From Macrostomum lignano (taxonomy: Eukaryota), in NCBI GenBank assembly GCA_002269645.1, contig NIVC01003521.1, forward strand, positions 1 to 64,000: a stretch of DNA of 64,000 nt. Direction: 5' to 3'. The position numbers and the translations under genes were made by a program. How positions within the stretch are numbered: position 1 is the first letter of the stretch; every line of letters starts with the position of its first letter. Below the pieces are notes generated by a model. That model had not been told where the DNA came from. It was given only the letters and a program-made list of their open reading frames with translations, and searched no databases. This document shows positions 1-12,900 of this stretch, one piece after another.

Positions 1-45
1 GCTGTCCGACGGTCAAAGCAGTACCGCGAAAGTGACTGAGCGCAG

Positions 46-780
46 ACCTCGGCGACCGCCAAGAAGGTTTTGGTGCAGGAGATTTCCTATAAACAGAGCA
101 TCTGCCACGCGACGAAGCTGGATTTAGACAGCAACTCCGACGGCTACATATACGATGGCAGCGAGGAACAGCAGGTCTCATCAGCCAGTGACGACGTGTT
201 GACGCCGCCGCCGCAGCCGCCGCCGCCTCCGCCAACGATGGAGTCTCCTCCGGATGAGGCAGCGCCAGCGGCCAAAGAACTGGCAGCTGAATCGGAAAGC
301 TCAGCCGGGAAGCCGGAGCTCGAGTCTCTGCTGTCGGGCGGGGATTGCCAACCACCGGATGCGAGCGCTGACCCGGAAGAAGCAGCGGTCCCGCCGACGC
401 CTCCGCCGCCGCCACCGTCTGGACCTTCAATGGATGTTGAAGCCGCGGTAGACACCTCATCTACACCGATTTCCACTTCAACCGACGGTCGCCAGGTGAT
501 CCAAGTTAACGAGACGGACGAATACTCAATCGACCTTCGCCTGTGCGACTCCTTGTCGCGTCAGCAGAGCCTAAAGATGTCTGCATCCGCCACAACATCC
601 TCGGCCACCTCCGCCTCCATTATCGCGTCCGCATCCGGATCGCGCGTCCGTGGCCGAGCAGCCAGACGATTCTACGGCGACTCCGACTCGACAATCCAGC
701 GACAATCAACCGCAGCAGGCGGAGCAGCGGGGCCAGTCAGTTGGCGCGGCGGTGCCTTCGTTGTACACCCAGCTCATTGA
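46..780 (+). CDS. Probable terminal coding exon of a gene starting left of the window; Pro/Ser/Glu-rich low-complexity protein of unknown function
   Basis: 236-codon GC-rich ORF, stop at 778-780, then AT-rich sequence. No ATG start and an in-frame stop at 37-39. Candidate phase-0 acceptor cgcag|acc at 45/46. No recognisable domain. Confidence 0.5.
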   Translation, partial: TSATAKKVLVQEISYKQSICHATKLDLDSNSDGYIYDGSEEQQVSSASDDVLTPPPQPPPPPPTMESPPDEAAPAAKELAAESESSAGKPELESLLSGGDCQPPDASADPEEAAVPPTPPPPPPSGPSMDVEAAVDTSSTPISTSTDGRQVIQVNETDEYSIDLRLCDSLSRQQSLKMSASATTSSATSASIIASASGSRVRGRAARRFYGDSDSTIQRQSTAAGGAAGPVSWRGGAFVVHPAH

Positions 781-2514
781 AACATTGTAGCTATCCGATT
801 CTCGAATACCTGCGCGCAGTTTTGATCTGTTTTTGTTGTGATGCATATAGTTTTTGAGTACATGTAAATGCGTGCACTCTAAGAGCGATAGGGAATCTGT
901 GCCAGCCAGCCCCTAAAGTCCTAAAATTTTCTCGTGTAATTTGATGCTTCTGAGTCGAGTGACTTTTTGTATATAAAACAGTAGTGTTCATGAGATGACG
1001 ATATTCCATATTTTTAATATGACTCACAAGCATTAGCGCTGCTCTAAATGTAGGTGCATCAGTTTGATATGATTGCCTCTACTGCAGCAGTATGCTAGAC
1101 ATGTACACGAGTGATTTTAAATGAGTAGGCATGTTAGCAAATATCTAAATATAATCCCTCACTAGTCACTTCAAGCAACGCAATCAAGACCGGCGATTTT
1201 TATTTTTGCAGTGCTGCAAATACATGTGCTGCTATAGCTCCTCGAGAACTATAAAACAAGTTCTTTTCTCTGATTTTGAGACTTTCACATATTAATTTCA
1301 TCCCACAACCACGCAGCTGTCGAATCATGATCCACAACCAGAATTGGCATGAATACATGTAGTTTTAGTTTAATGACAGATATAATAAAATCAATGAGAT
1401 GTGAAAAATAAAAAGAAAGTATATTGTTCAGGACAACTGAATACTGATGAGTTTGATCAGTTTTCCCTGAACAGAATTAGAATCAGGCGCCAAGGAGTGC
1501 TACGAGCTATCTTTGGCCAGAGGCAATGAGTCATTGATCTATCCAGTAACCGCAAGATTTAAGTACCACTTTATTTACACGATGGCAAGATTTTTTCTAA
1601 GGACCTCAATTTCGGGACTACCCACGCTGCAGATAGGCAATATTCGTCTTTTAAGCTGAAAACTGAAAACTGAAAACTGAGCGAGATGTATGAAGCATAT
1701 AACTCAAACTCAGAGAATACTTAGCTATATATTTTATTAGCTAGATTAGCTTCCAAATTGATATATTCGGCAAAATAAAACCATCCTTGACTAAAAGCTG
1801 CCTAACTTAAGTTGTCTGTGGTCGTGAAGAGATAATAAACTTACCTTACGGGACCCAAATCTACATATAAAACTTTTGGAAAATAGAAATTACGATATTT
1901 TAGTTAAAACTAGTTTAAAAACTTGAACTTACGTTTTTCTTAGAAACAGTAATTTAGCAGCAGAATCAGACAGACATCATTAATACGGTCGGCTCATTAG
2001 CCGGATTAAATGAACAGTAAACAGGCATTGAGAATTAAATTTTTACCATTCGCTTCTTTATAATTATTTATTCACTTGCGCTTTAACTAAATAAATTTAA
2101 GTAACTTTTCAGGCAAATGACATGCACGATCTATTCTGTACTTATTCAATTTTAAAACCTAAATTAAATTTATAAATTTGGCTAGCTGTTATCATGTTTA
2201 TCAGAAAAATAAAAAAACCAGGCTTCAGGCTACTTACTAATATTAACTATCAAATATCGCATGCAAATTTATAACTAATTTATCTTTGCAAAAAAGTTAA
2301 TAAAAATGTCTAACATTTTTCTAAACCATATTACTATAAAGTTTTTTATAAAGTGAAACTAAAGACAAAGTAAATTTCGAGGGCTATTCAATAAGTTTGT
2401 AGAATAAGACATTCTAAATAGGCTATCACAAAAGTTATCTGCATACATTCCAATGGTCTTTACAGTTGAGTGGTAATAGTAGACATGGGAACTAGATGTA
2501 AGAAATATGTCCCC

Positions 2515-2970
2515 CATATGCTTTGTCTAAAGGTAGTTGTTATTTGTCCAGTGACCCAATGAATAGCCTTTTTGCTATTTGTCCAGTTAAATTATCTATT
2601 TGTTTAGTGATGAATATTCTAGATTTTTAAGACCTTTTCTTGTATCTTGATTAATATTTTGTTATATACTAGTGCAAGCAAAGTAGATATGTATAATTTG
2701 GTAGTATAAGACATACACTAGTATAACAACATAATAATGATGACATGAGTAAGAAGTCTTTGAAGTTTAGGAATATTCACCCTTGTAGTTTCTGTAAAAT
2801 AGAATATCAATTTAACTGGACAAATAACAAAATGCCTATTTGTCTAGTATTAACTTGATGAATAGGGAAACATGGCTATGCCTATTATTCAATAATTGGA
2901 CAAATAACCACATCACTATTGTCCAGTCACCAGACAATAACTGCTTTGTCTAAAAACCTATGTATCCCAT
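2515..2970. mobile_element. Degenerate MITE/foldback-like element
   Basis: Perfect 18-bp inverted repeat tatttgtccagttaaatt (2576-2593) / aatttaactggacaaata (2809-2826), degenerate outer inverted ends, repeated tatttgtcca motifs. Confidence 0.45.
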
Positions 2971-3402
2971 AGCCATATCTGTAGCTACAGTGAAACTCTA
3001 CTCCTATCTAATTTGCTTCTCAACATATTTTATAGATAGATTAATGCATTTCTTCATCTAATAAAACCATGCTATAAAACAGTCTCTAAATAAATTCTTT
3101 ACTACTTATTCTTTATTACAATAAGTAATAAGTAATAAATTCTACTTTTATTGGTAGAATGTTATTGTTTTTATATCGGGCCTAGAAAGCAAGCATAAAA
3201 TATCCAAATTATAATGTTGCACAGCATTTATTATCACCTGGCTATTTTATCTGGAAATATACTTAGGTGTTATAAAATTTTATGAGCAATCATATGAGGA
3301 CTGTTTTCTTAATATTTTAACTTACTAAAATACATTTCTACGAGTAGCTGGACATTTCATCAATCAACATCCATTAAATATCCATTCATCCTTGATTCGC
3401 TC

Positions 3403-3768
3403 ATGCAAGCATCGGCTAAGCTCTCAGCCATGTCGTCTCTGCTGGCTCTCATCATCGCTCGTGGACCAGCTTTCCAGTCTGGCTTGTTGATTCGCCGTGC
3501 CGCCATGCCTCTGTGCACTGCGTCACCGTCAAAGCCGGCGCCACCGCCAGCGCCTGGCGCCAAAACGCGCCACCTCTCTCCGGCTTGTCAGCAGCACCTC
3601 GACAAATTTCTTTCAACTGTCAATTCTATCGATAAAAGCTCTGGCAAAGCGGGGTCATACAAGAATCCAGAGTACTTTGTGTTTGATGACGTGTCATTCT
3701 ATGACTACGAGATGGCCATGGAGAGCAAGCGGCTGCCACAGCCTGAGAGCAAGCTCACCGCTTTCTGA
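3403..3768 (+). CDS. NDUFV3: NADH dehydrogenase (complex I) flavoprotein 3-like, mitochondrial; single exon
   Basis: Arg/Ser/Leu/Ala-rich presequence-like N-terminus. The C-terminal YKNPEYF..DDVSFYDYEMAMESKRLPQPES matches the NDUFV3 family tail (YKN...F.D...E....R.PQPS). The start could be ATG 3403 or 3430. Confidence 0.8.
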   Translation: MQASAKLSAMSSLLALIIARGPAFQSGLLIRRAAMPLCTASPSKPAPPPAPGAKTRHLSPACQQHLDKFLSTVNSIDKSSGKAGSYKNPEYFVFDDVSFYDYEMAMESKRLPQPESKLTAF

Positions 3769-4118
3769 CTTTCAAACTTTAGTTTTTAGTCACTGATAGA
3801 GTGTCTGGCGAGTTTCATGTAAACAAGTAGGAAGCTAGTAAGTAGCTTGTGCACCGTAGAAAATACCTAACTTTGTCATAGGTTTTTATCAACGTTTCAG
3901 TTGTAGCAATCAACAGGTTGAGAAATATTAAATAAAGATTTAAGTAAATATAACTGTAACTCTCCGTTAGTGCAAATGCCTTTAACGTGCTGTTAATAAT
4001 GTAAGTTTATACATGAATTCTTTGTCTTTTTTTTCTTTTTTCTTAAAAATTTTCCTATTAGACACAAGGCCGCTACTCATAGTAGTCTCAGTTGCTTTTT
4101 TCTGCTGTCATTATTCTA

Positions 4119-4406
4119 GGATTGTAGCCTAGTGGTTAGAGCGTCGAACTCACGACTGGAGGGTCGGGGGTTCGATTCTCGACCCACTCGGAACAATTTG
4201 TGTCTTTGAGCGAGACACTTAACTCTGCATTGCTTCTGTCCAACCAACTGTAAAATGAGTACCAGCATTATCTGGGGTAATTGAGGCTGTGTGGCGACTC
4301 CCTGAACAGCCGTACGCAGCCTTCAGATGCACTGCGCAATGGCTGCGGCTGAGCTGTCGGTTGCACATCTGCCCATTACGGCAGGTGTAATCAATTATTG
4401 TATTAT
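4119..4406 (+). mobile_element. tRNA-derived SINE, family 1, with CORE-like central block
   Basis: A box (tagcctagtggttag) and B box (ggttcgattc). These are followed by gtgtctttgagcgagacacttaac...ctgtaaaatgag, which resembles the CORE/MIR block, and an ATT-rich tail. A second copy lies at 23543. Confidence 0.75.
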
Positions 4407-4671
4407 CAAAGTCTAATATACTATATAAAAGTAAACTTTAGGTCTTGAAATTTTCGGATCAAAGTAAACTAGCCTGTATTCACGTGCAACTAGTGCTTCT
4501 AGCTTAAAGGTCTACATAATCGTACTCGTATCAGATATATGTGCTTGGCGGAATGACAGAAGATATTAATTGATATTCAGCCGCAAATTGATTTTGGTTA
4601 GAATTGTCTCACGGCTTTGAAAAGAAGTATGCAGTGACAAATTATCTAAAATCTCAGTCTTGCAGATTTGG

Positions 4672-7600
4672 TCATTCCTCCCTCCGAGCAGGTTTTGCTT
4701 CACCATCCGCAGTTTCGTCGCCGCTCGAGTCGACCTCGCCGCCTGGGCCGCCACCCATTCGCCGTTTTTCTAAGCGGGCAATACGGCGCTTCAGCCGGCC
4801 CTGTGTAGCATCGAATTCGGCCTGGGTGCGCGAGAACAGCGCCTGAAAAGACGCCAGATCGTCGGCCAGGCGCTGCGACTTCTGCTCCATGGTCTCCTGA
4901 GCTCGGAGCGCTTTGGCCAGCACCGCTTCGTCGATCAGGTTGTCCTTGCGCAGCAACTGCTGGCCTTTCTCCAAAAGTTTCACCCTGGCATCCGGGTACT
5001 CGGTCAGCGCGTCCCACAGATCGGTCTTGCTGAGGCAAAACAGATCGGAGTAGCCGTCGCTGCGAACGTTGGCTGTGCGCCTGTTGCCAGTCTTGTTGCC
5101 GGGGATGTTTAGGATTGAAATCTCGCCAAACACGCTGCCCTCGCCTAGCGTGACGAACACTGTCTTGCCGTCCGGTGAAACCACGCTGATTTTGCCTCGC
5201 TTCACAATGTACATCTCCTTGCCGATGTCGCCCTTGCGGCAAATATAGTCACCAGGAGAGAATACCTGCAGCTTGAGCTTGAGCACCAGTTCCACTAGTA
5301 GCCCGGGCTCACAGTCTTGAAAGATTGCCACGCGTTTCAGTGTATCGAAGTGCACATGAATGGCTACCTCCGCTTTCAGCTTCTCAGGCAGAGTGCCAAG
5401 AATATTTTCCTCGTCTAACGACTGCTTGTTCTCCCATAGGTAGTCGAACCAACGCAGGACTCGGTGCTCGAGGGCTTTGCCAACCTTGCGGAACTCCATG
5501 TAGCGCTTCGCCTGAAATTCGAAAATGAAACAGACTTTACAGGAATTCTCTACGGTCAAAGCATTTTGGGGGCACTCTATTGGCTTGGAATATCTAACTG
5601 AATAACTTATTACTGCTTGGGAAATTTACCCCGTCCATGCGCTGTTGAAACTCCGTGCTGGCCGCACTAATGTTCGTCACCATGGAACCGACGCTTCCAA
5701 TAATGATAGCGAATATCAGGATGCCTACTATCAGCACGATGATCTCGAAAACGTACTCAAATTCTGTTACTGGCTTAGGAATCTCCGCTACAGCTGTAAG
5801 CGTAAGCGAGGACCAGTAAAATGAGTAAAGATACTTGGCGTAGAGCTCATCCAGCTCTGCTGAAAAGTTGTAGGGCTCAGAGTTTGCAATCATTAAGCCG
5901 TCCGGCCGCATCGGATAAGTCCAAGAGTCCTTTCCCAGTCCGATGATCAGACAGAGGGCAAAGTAGATGCAGGCGTTCCAGTGGAAGATCACCATGATGT
6001 ACATCATAAGGTTCAACGCGCGGAACAGATTCGGAAAGTTTGTTCGGGCCTCTGTGCGGTCGAAGAATTCGAGAAATTTTCCAAATTTCAGCAGCCGATT
6101 AGCTCGCACGTAGACACCATTTGTCGAGATCTGGGGCACCAGGTAGAGCAGATCGGTTGGCAGAACCGCCAGTACGTCTAGCTTGAACCGCATCGTTTGG
6201 CGATAGAAGCGACGAAGCCTGCTCAGGTCAGTGATCATCAGACCCTGCTCCAGGACGCCTGCAATGTGGAAACAAAACGGAACTTCTCCGATTAAAATCG
6301 GTCTCTTATTTGGTCCTTTAAATTTTATCGCATGGTCTTGTAATTCGTTTGATTAGAGCTTAAAATCAGCTCGAAGGATGATGGCGCTGAAAGCATTTAG
6401 GATACATTTTACGCAGCATTGAATCACCTGTCCTGGAGCTGAAAAACATGTCAATCAAGTTCACCCCGTCGGTCAAGTAGTCGAACAGCAGCCAAACCCA
6501 AAGCGCCTCCTGCAGCTGAGTGAACACAGATCTGGCTATGATGAACACCAGATTGTAAGAGAATGCCGCGGACACAACGGCCAACCAGTTGTAGTAGAAA
6601 GTCTGCGACGTGTCAACCACGAACTCGCTGGCGAAGCTGCAATAGCGCGGGGTTGTACGCTGTGCTGTATGTTACTTTTTGTATATTTACATATAAAAAA
6701 GGAGGAATGAATAGTGATCACGGCAGTTCGGTGAACAGATCGTCAAAAGGTCAATCAGTTTGGCTTTTTTAATGCAGTCAAGTTTAAAATCGGGACATCT
6801 CCTAGTGTGTCCTCTTAGTGACCAAGATATTCTGTTGGCTCTTAGTCAATGTTCTTTTTATGAACCAAATATATTATATTCTCTAAATTCCAAGTGGCTC
6901 ACTGTCTCATCCAGCCGAACAGTCTCCGGTGAACTGGCGCTCTGTTCCTCACAGTCGAACCTTCGCCGTCACAATCATTGGCGCCGTTGCCTGCAGCGCC
7001 AGACACCGACGTAGCCGTCATCTCGTGATCGCCCATGTGCAGCTTCTGAAAAAAGGAGCTCCTTCTCCTGTACCGGCTGCCTTCCTCGGCTTCGATTTCG
7101 GCCTCCTGTTGTTCTTGTTGCTCCCGCCGCCGACTAGCGCTAGACCGAGTGAGCCACCTGGTCAGGACCTGCAATTAGCGTTGCAAGCAGAGCGGGCTGG
7201 AATATAAATGAGCACAGAAAGGGGGGCAGGCATGCGGGCGAAAACTATCGGGGCGCCTAACTAAAGAAGACAAGACGGGGTTAGGGAGATGAATGAGCTA
7301 ATGTTAGAGCATTTGCAACTCCTAACAAATGGGACTTTGTTTGTCCATCTTGCCGATGTCTACCCGACCTTTCATTTTCTATTCCGATTGCTTGCGCCAG
7401 GCACGTGATCATCGCACATTCGAGCTGGCTAAAAACGGATTTTGCTCGTGACCCAAAGTAATATTGCTTCTTGGTCATATTTTTGTTCATTTTCACGTTC
7501 TTAAATATAATTTTCAATTTTCGGGATTGTCTCAAAGCTTTAATCGGAAAAAGTAGCTTTTAAAAGTACTTTGCTTCATTAGTCGTTCCTTGGACAGAGG

Positions 7601-8590
7601 GAGCTCAAACAGGAGTTGGGGAGAGACGCAGAGCAGGCTCCGGAACAGTGCGACCGCTCGAGCCCGAGCATGGAAGGATGGAGGGTAGAAAACCGATCGA
7701 TATTCGAGTCAAGTAAGCGCGCCTGAGCAGAGCTGAGGAAGGATGGGCAGGTGCGACTCTAGAGGGAAATGTAGCTGTCGTGTCCTCGCCTCAGCTTGCA
7801 CTCGCAATCCCGCGAGAGAGCCAAGGGGAAATGAAGACAGGGATGCGCAGAGCAGAAGAAAAAAGCCGCTGTGTTCGAGCCCGACTATAGAGAGAAGTTT
7901 CAATAGAACAGATCTTAACATGGTAATTTAGTCAGACTTGTCTAATATGTAACGTATTATACATGCTACTGTAAATATGCAGGGTTAAGTAGTGTATTTT
8001 GAAACAATTTTTTATGTATTTGCTCTGACGGCAATTTGATCAAGTTGTTATTCACTAGAAAAATGTCACTATAAAGTACACAGTAGCTTGAAAAGTAATC
8101 CGCACCAATACTTCCTTAACTCGTTACTATAGAAACAAGCTCTTGATGCAGATAGGGCTGTACTGTCAGAAGTAGTCAAAATGACACCAAACTTGAGCCA
8201 AAGTTGCGCCAGGAAGGCTTCAGCAGCGTCAAACTAAGACTCTTAAAAATGCCCGTACAGCAATATCTATCGTCGTCGCTGACAAATATGTATTTTTACA
8301 TTACACCGCCGCATGACGTTGTTATCCGTCGATGTAAAAGTATATATTTGTCTGAAATGTCGGATTGCTGTACGGGATGAGTTAAAATTGATGCGCTATG
8401 GTAAAACTATCGAATTAATGGAGCATCGCCACTGTTGCGCTATGCATGCGCATGTTCGCCAACTCGTCCAACTCACGCTGACGCCGTCCGTGACCCGGCC
8501 AAGGACGCTGCGGCCGTTGGCATTCGCTGAGCCTGGCGCCAGCTGCTCCCGACTGGTGCCGACAGCTGCAGCTGCTGATGAAGATGACAT
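4672..8590 (-). CDS. CNGA: Cyclic nucleotide-gated channel alpha subunit (CNGA/tax-4-like), 5 exons, about 685 aa
   Basis: Exons 8590-8477, 7168-6903, 6636-6428, 6258-5630, 5511-4672; all GT-AG and in frame (2058 nt). Motifs: YYNWL, RTG(V)LEQG, S4 RANRLL, pore YWSSLTLT, C-linker [36 protein letters not shown]-terminal coiled coil. Confidence 0.95.
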
Positions 8591-9995
8591 GCCTTTGCCT
8601 ATTGGGACCTGCTTCGATTATTTTTTGAGCACTTTAAAAAATTCACAATTTCTAAACGCGGCTTTTCTTTCGTAAAATCTCTTTCCTTATATCCCCATCC
8701 TCCTCATTCGCTCTTCCTCTCTGACTCAGCCCAGCAATCCAAAATCCGCATCACATTGGACTCACACTGTTCCCCTGGCTGTACGCCCTTCTAGGAAGGG
8801 ATTGGACCAGTTCGAAGTCTACCATGCAGTTCTGTACAGAGTTTTCTTTGAAGAGATGCTAGAAGAGAATTATGTCTTGTCTATACAGTTACAAGGCAAT
8901 CTATTTTAGTTTTCAAATGGCCAACTGGATAAATACTTAAATAACGTACAAAAAAGCAGTTACATGTAAGGTTAAAAAAGATTTCAGAGCTCCGATGCCG
9001 GGTGGGATATACAATTGCGTGCCGCATGTTTGTCCGGTCAGATGCTTGCCCGTTAGACATTTGTCCACAGAATGCATACATGATGATTCAATATAGCCCA
9101 AAGACATAAAACTCAAAGATCGTGAATATATTTCGGTGGCCTAGCTATTTCCTGGAAAAAAGACACTGCGCAGATATAGGAAGATACCATATTTTCATCA
9201 CATAATAATTGATTGGGTTTGATCTGGGGCAGCGAAGATTATCATTCTTTTAATTTAGCATGCACTGCATGTTACTCTGTTGTATTTCCGATAGATGTGT
9301 ATAATGACAGCTTCATTTTCATATTAATCTTTTTAAATTCATAAAAAGAATAGTCCCATGTGAACTTTATTCTACGTAATGTAGCTTTCGTAATCATACT
9401 GAGTTAGAAAACAGCCATTCTAAGTTGAAAGCCTATTATAAAGACCAGATTGGGACATAGACAAGAGGCACATTTCTGGCTGAGAGACCAGCAGCAAGCC
9501 TGGCATTGGACATGCAATGGCCCAACCTTATCCTAGTTGTATATGCTTTCAGCTTGGATGTACTTTACCTCATACTAATAGCTTTAATCTGGAAATAGAT
9601 TTCTCCTACCACATTCCTGTGAAAGCCAGGGACGTATAGGGTACGAATGTGGGTAAAAAAGGGAGAAATATTCTTCTTCAGAGTTTCTGAGAAGAGCTGG
9701 ATATTGTCCCCCCAATAACAGCTCTCTTCTATGGAGCAGAAGACCTACCAATCAGCACCCAATTCTCTGTTCACCAACAAACAGTACAATGATCATTCTG
9801 CTATTATAAGTACGCTCGTATATTTCCTCTGAGCAAGGAATGGAAATGTTATGCCACACAGAATGTACACTTCACTCTCTGCTCTATACTAGGAACAGCT
9901 CGCATGCAGTTTATAAATCCCACAGTTTGGCTAGCAGCAAGGGTAGCAAAGTCAGCAATAGCTCCCGGCCTACCAAGCCTAGCTCTGCAATTTTC

Positions 9996-12900
9996 ATGGG
10001 TAAGTATGCATAGCAATATACATCTATATTGGGAGAGGCGGTACATTTTACTGACATTATAACTGCCTTACTAGTGAACGGTAAAAACAATTATTTTAAA
10101 TTGAACCGATTCAGGCTTTAACTGATTTTTATCATGCCTTAGTGAGAGTCTTACAGTACATGGAGATTTAAGTGAATTGCTCTGATTGGTCAGTCGCAGT
10201 CAGTAGCTACCCTCACAAGATCCATCTGGACTGCTCTGATTGGTCAGTCGCAGTCAGTAGCTACCCTCACAAGATCCATCTGGACTGCTCTGATTGGTCA
10301 GTCGCAGTCAGTAGCTACCCTCACAAGATCCATCTGGACTGCTCTGATTGGTCAGTCGCAGTCAGTAGCTACCCTCACAAGATCCATCTGGACTGCTCTG
10401 ATTGGTCAGTCGCAGTCAGTAGCTACCCTCACAAGATCCATCTGGACTGCTCTGATTGGTCAGTCGCAGTCAGTAGCTACCCTCACAAGATCCATCTGGA
10501 CTGCTCTGATTGGTCAGTCGCAGTCAGTAGCTACCCTCACAAGATCCATCTGGACTGCTCTGATTGGTCAGTCGCAGTCAGTAGCTACCCTCACAAGATC
10601 CATCTGGACTGCTCTGATTGGTCAGTCGCAGTCAGTAGCTACCCTCACAAGATCCATCTGGACTGCTCTGATTGGTCAGGCGCAGTCAGTAGCTCCTCAC
10701 AAGATCCATCTGGACTGCTCTGATTGGTTCCCAATTCACAAAAAGCAGAATCTGCAGCTGGCCCAGAAGTCGCAGCTGGGGACTGCCTGGAGCTGGTGGA
10801 GTACCGAATCCCCATGCCCTGTTCGGTCGCTGAGTACAGGCTGGGCCAGATCTACATGATAGCCAAGCACTGCAGGCAGCAGTCGCAACTGTCCGAGGGT
10901 GTCCGGGTGATGCTGAACGAGCCGTACGAGTCGCCTGAACTGGGGCCCGGCCGGTACTGTGAAAAGAAAATCTATCTGGGCAGGTGTGAGATGCAGGGAT
11001 TGCTTGCATATATCTATTGGTCTCTCCCTGCGTCTCTCCCTGTGTCTCTCCGTGCGTATCTCCGTGCGTCTCTCCCTGTGTCTCTCCGTGCATCTCTCCG
11101 TGCACCCTGCGTCTCTCCCTGCGTCTCTCCGTGCATCTCTCTGTGCACCCTGCGTCTCTCCCTGCGTTTCTCCCTGCGTCTCTCCGTGCATCTCTCTGTG
11201 CACCCTGCGTCTCTCCCTGCGTTTCTCCCTGCGTCTCTCCGTGCATCTCTCTGTGCACCCTGCGTCTCTCCCTGCGTTTCTCCCTGCGTCTCTCCCTGCA
11301 CTTCTCTCTACAGTCTGTCACTGCATCTCTCTTTCTCGACTTTTGCAACATCTGTCTCCCTAATTGCTCCCCGCATCTCTCGAAATTGCTCGCTGCATCT
11401 CCCTTAATCTCTCCCTTAATCTCCCTAATCGCTCCTTACATATCTTTTTTTAATTGTTGCTCTTTACTTTCTCAAATGCTTCGCCTTTGCCTTAATCTCC
11501 GCCCCGCTACTCTCTAGCCGCCTGGCCTCCTGGACCAACCGTCTGTTGCCAGGGGATGGGATTTTCGTGCTGGAAAAATCCTACAACCATTTTCCGACAA
11601 CAAAAACAGGTACAGTATTGATTGCATTATGCAGTACATTAAGCTGTAGACGCTGTGAACAAAGTAATGAAATCATTTCTATTATTTCCTTGCAGAGTAC
11701 TCGGTAAGGATGCAACTTTCAGTGTAAATCCATCATTTTCTAAACTAAAACAAGCTGATTGTTTGGCAAATTTTATCCTTCAGTGCTCCTATATTCCACG
11801 ACTGAACATCCAAGTTGATACCAAATTTGTCGACTACCAAATCGACATTGAAAATGTAAGTTCCACCAATAAATTTCTAGAACTTTTTTACGAATATCTT
11901 CCTCTCTCCTCTCCCCCTCTCTGCCTTACCCCCTTCTCTCCCTCTCTTCTTCTCTCCCTCTCTCTCCCCCTCCCTCTCTCCCTCTCCCTGCTCGGGCTGA
12001 TCGATGCCGATCTATGCTCAACAAATTCAAAGGTTGGCAGTCAATGAGCACCTGGGACATTGTCAGCGAAGACGAGAACTGGGTGTACAGCAAGCAGCAA
12101 CCAGAACAGTGCATCCACAGTTGACAGCACGTCGCCTTCATAACTGGTGCGTTCGCGAAGTGTCGCTAGTGACGCAGCGTACATTGCCTGCAGGATGGTA
12201 CGCGACCGAGTTTATTCCCCAGCTGATGCAAGTCCTTGCTGTAAGACGTCCAAGGACGGACTCGACATGGGCGGGCTGCTGCGCGGCAAACTGTGGGGAC
12301 CCAATTAACTCTTAGAAATCCCTCAGTCGGAGTGGGCCGGCTGCATTTTGACGGGGGTTTAATGCAGCTGTGCAGCTGGGGAGTACGCAGAAAGTTCTGA
12401 CGTTCGAGTTTTGCTAAATATGAGCATCCGGAAACTTATTGAGCGCCTCTCATACGCCAACAGATCTTCAGCTTGTCCCAATCGGACCTGGACCGCAGGC
12501 GGGTGGTAACCATCGATATCGCCGCGGACCAGCTGGATTCTAGGAAATACCGAGCAGATGAGGTAACATCTATCTGCCAGTTATCTACCTGCTTTCTATC
12601 TGTCTAGTTGGCTGTGGCGTGCTTTGCCCCCAGCTATAAGTGTTGATCAGCTGGTCCGCGTACACTGCGCTGCGTTTGACTACCGCAGGTGCGCCCGAAC
12701 ACACGTGCCCTACACGAAGAAATTCTAAAAATAGACCTATTTATTACAAGCTATACTATATAGTCCATTCAGAAGTTGTGATTTAATTTATTATATCAAT
12801 TTGTGCATACTCTACATGTAATTTAGCGTACGCGGGTACTCTCAGCACCTCCACCCCGTGGCAGGGGTGTGATTATATAAATATAATTAGCCAATTTGCA

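Noticed and set aside
2378-2410. Mariner-like TIR start cgagggctattcaataag
   Set aside because: No matching opposite end or transposase remnant nearby; too short to call.
4119-4192. Functional tRNA gene
   Set aside because: The acceptor and anticodon stems pair poorly, it continues into a SINE body, and a degraded second copy exists.
10785-10790. CTG non-AUG initiation for PITPNC1
   Set aside because: An ATGG|gtaagt exon at 9996-9999 with a consensus donor supplies an in-frame conventional start.
12004-12315. GC-richer ORF in PITPNC1 intron 5
   Set aside because: No recognisable motif, stops in the plausible frames, and not needed for the PITPNC1 model.
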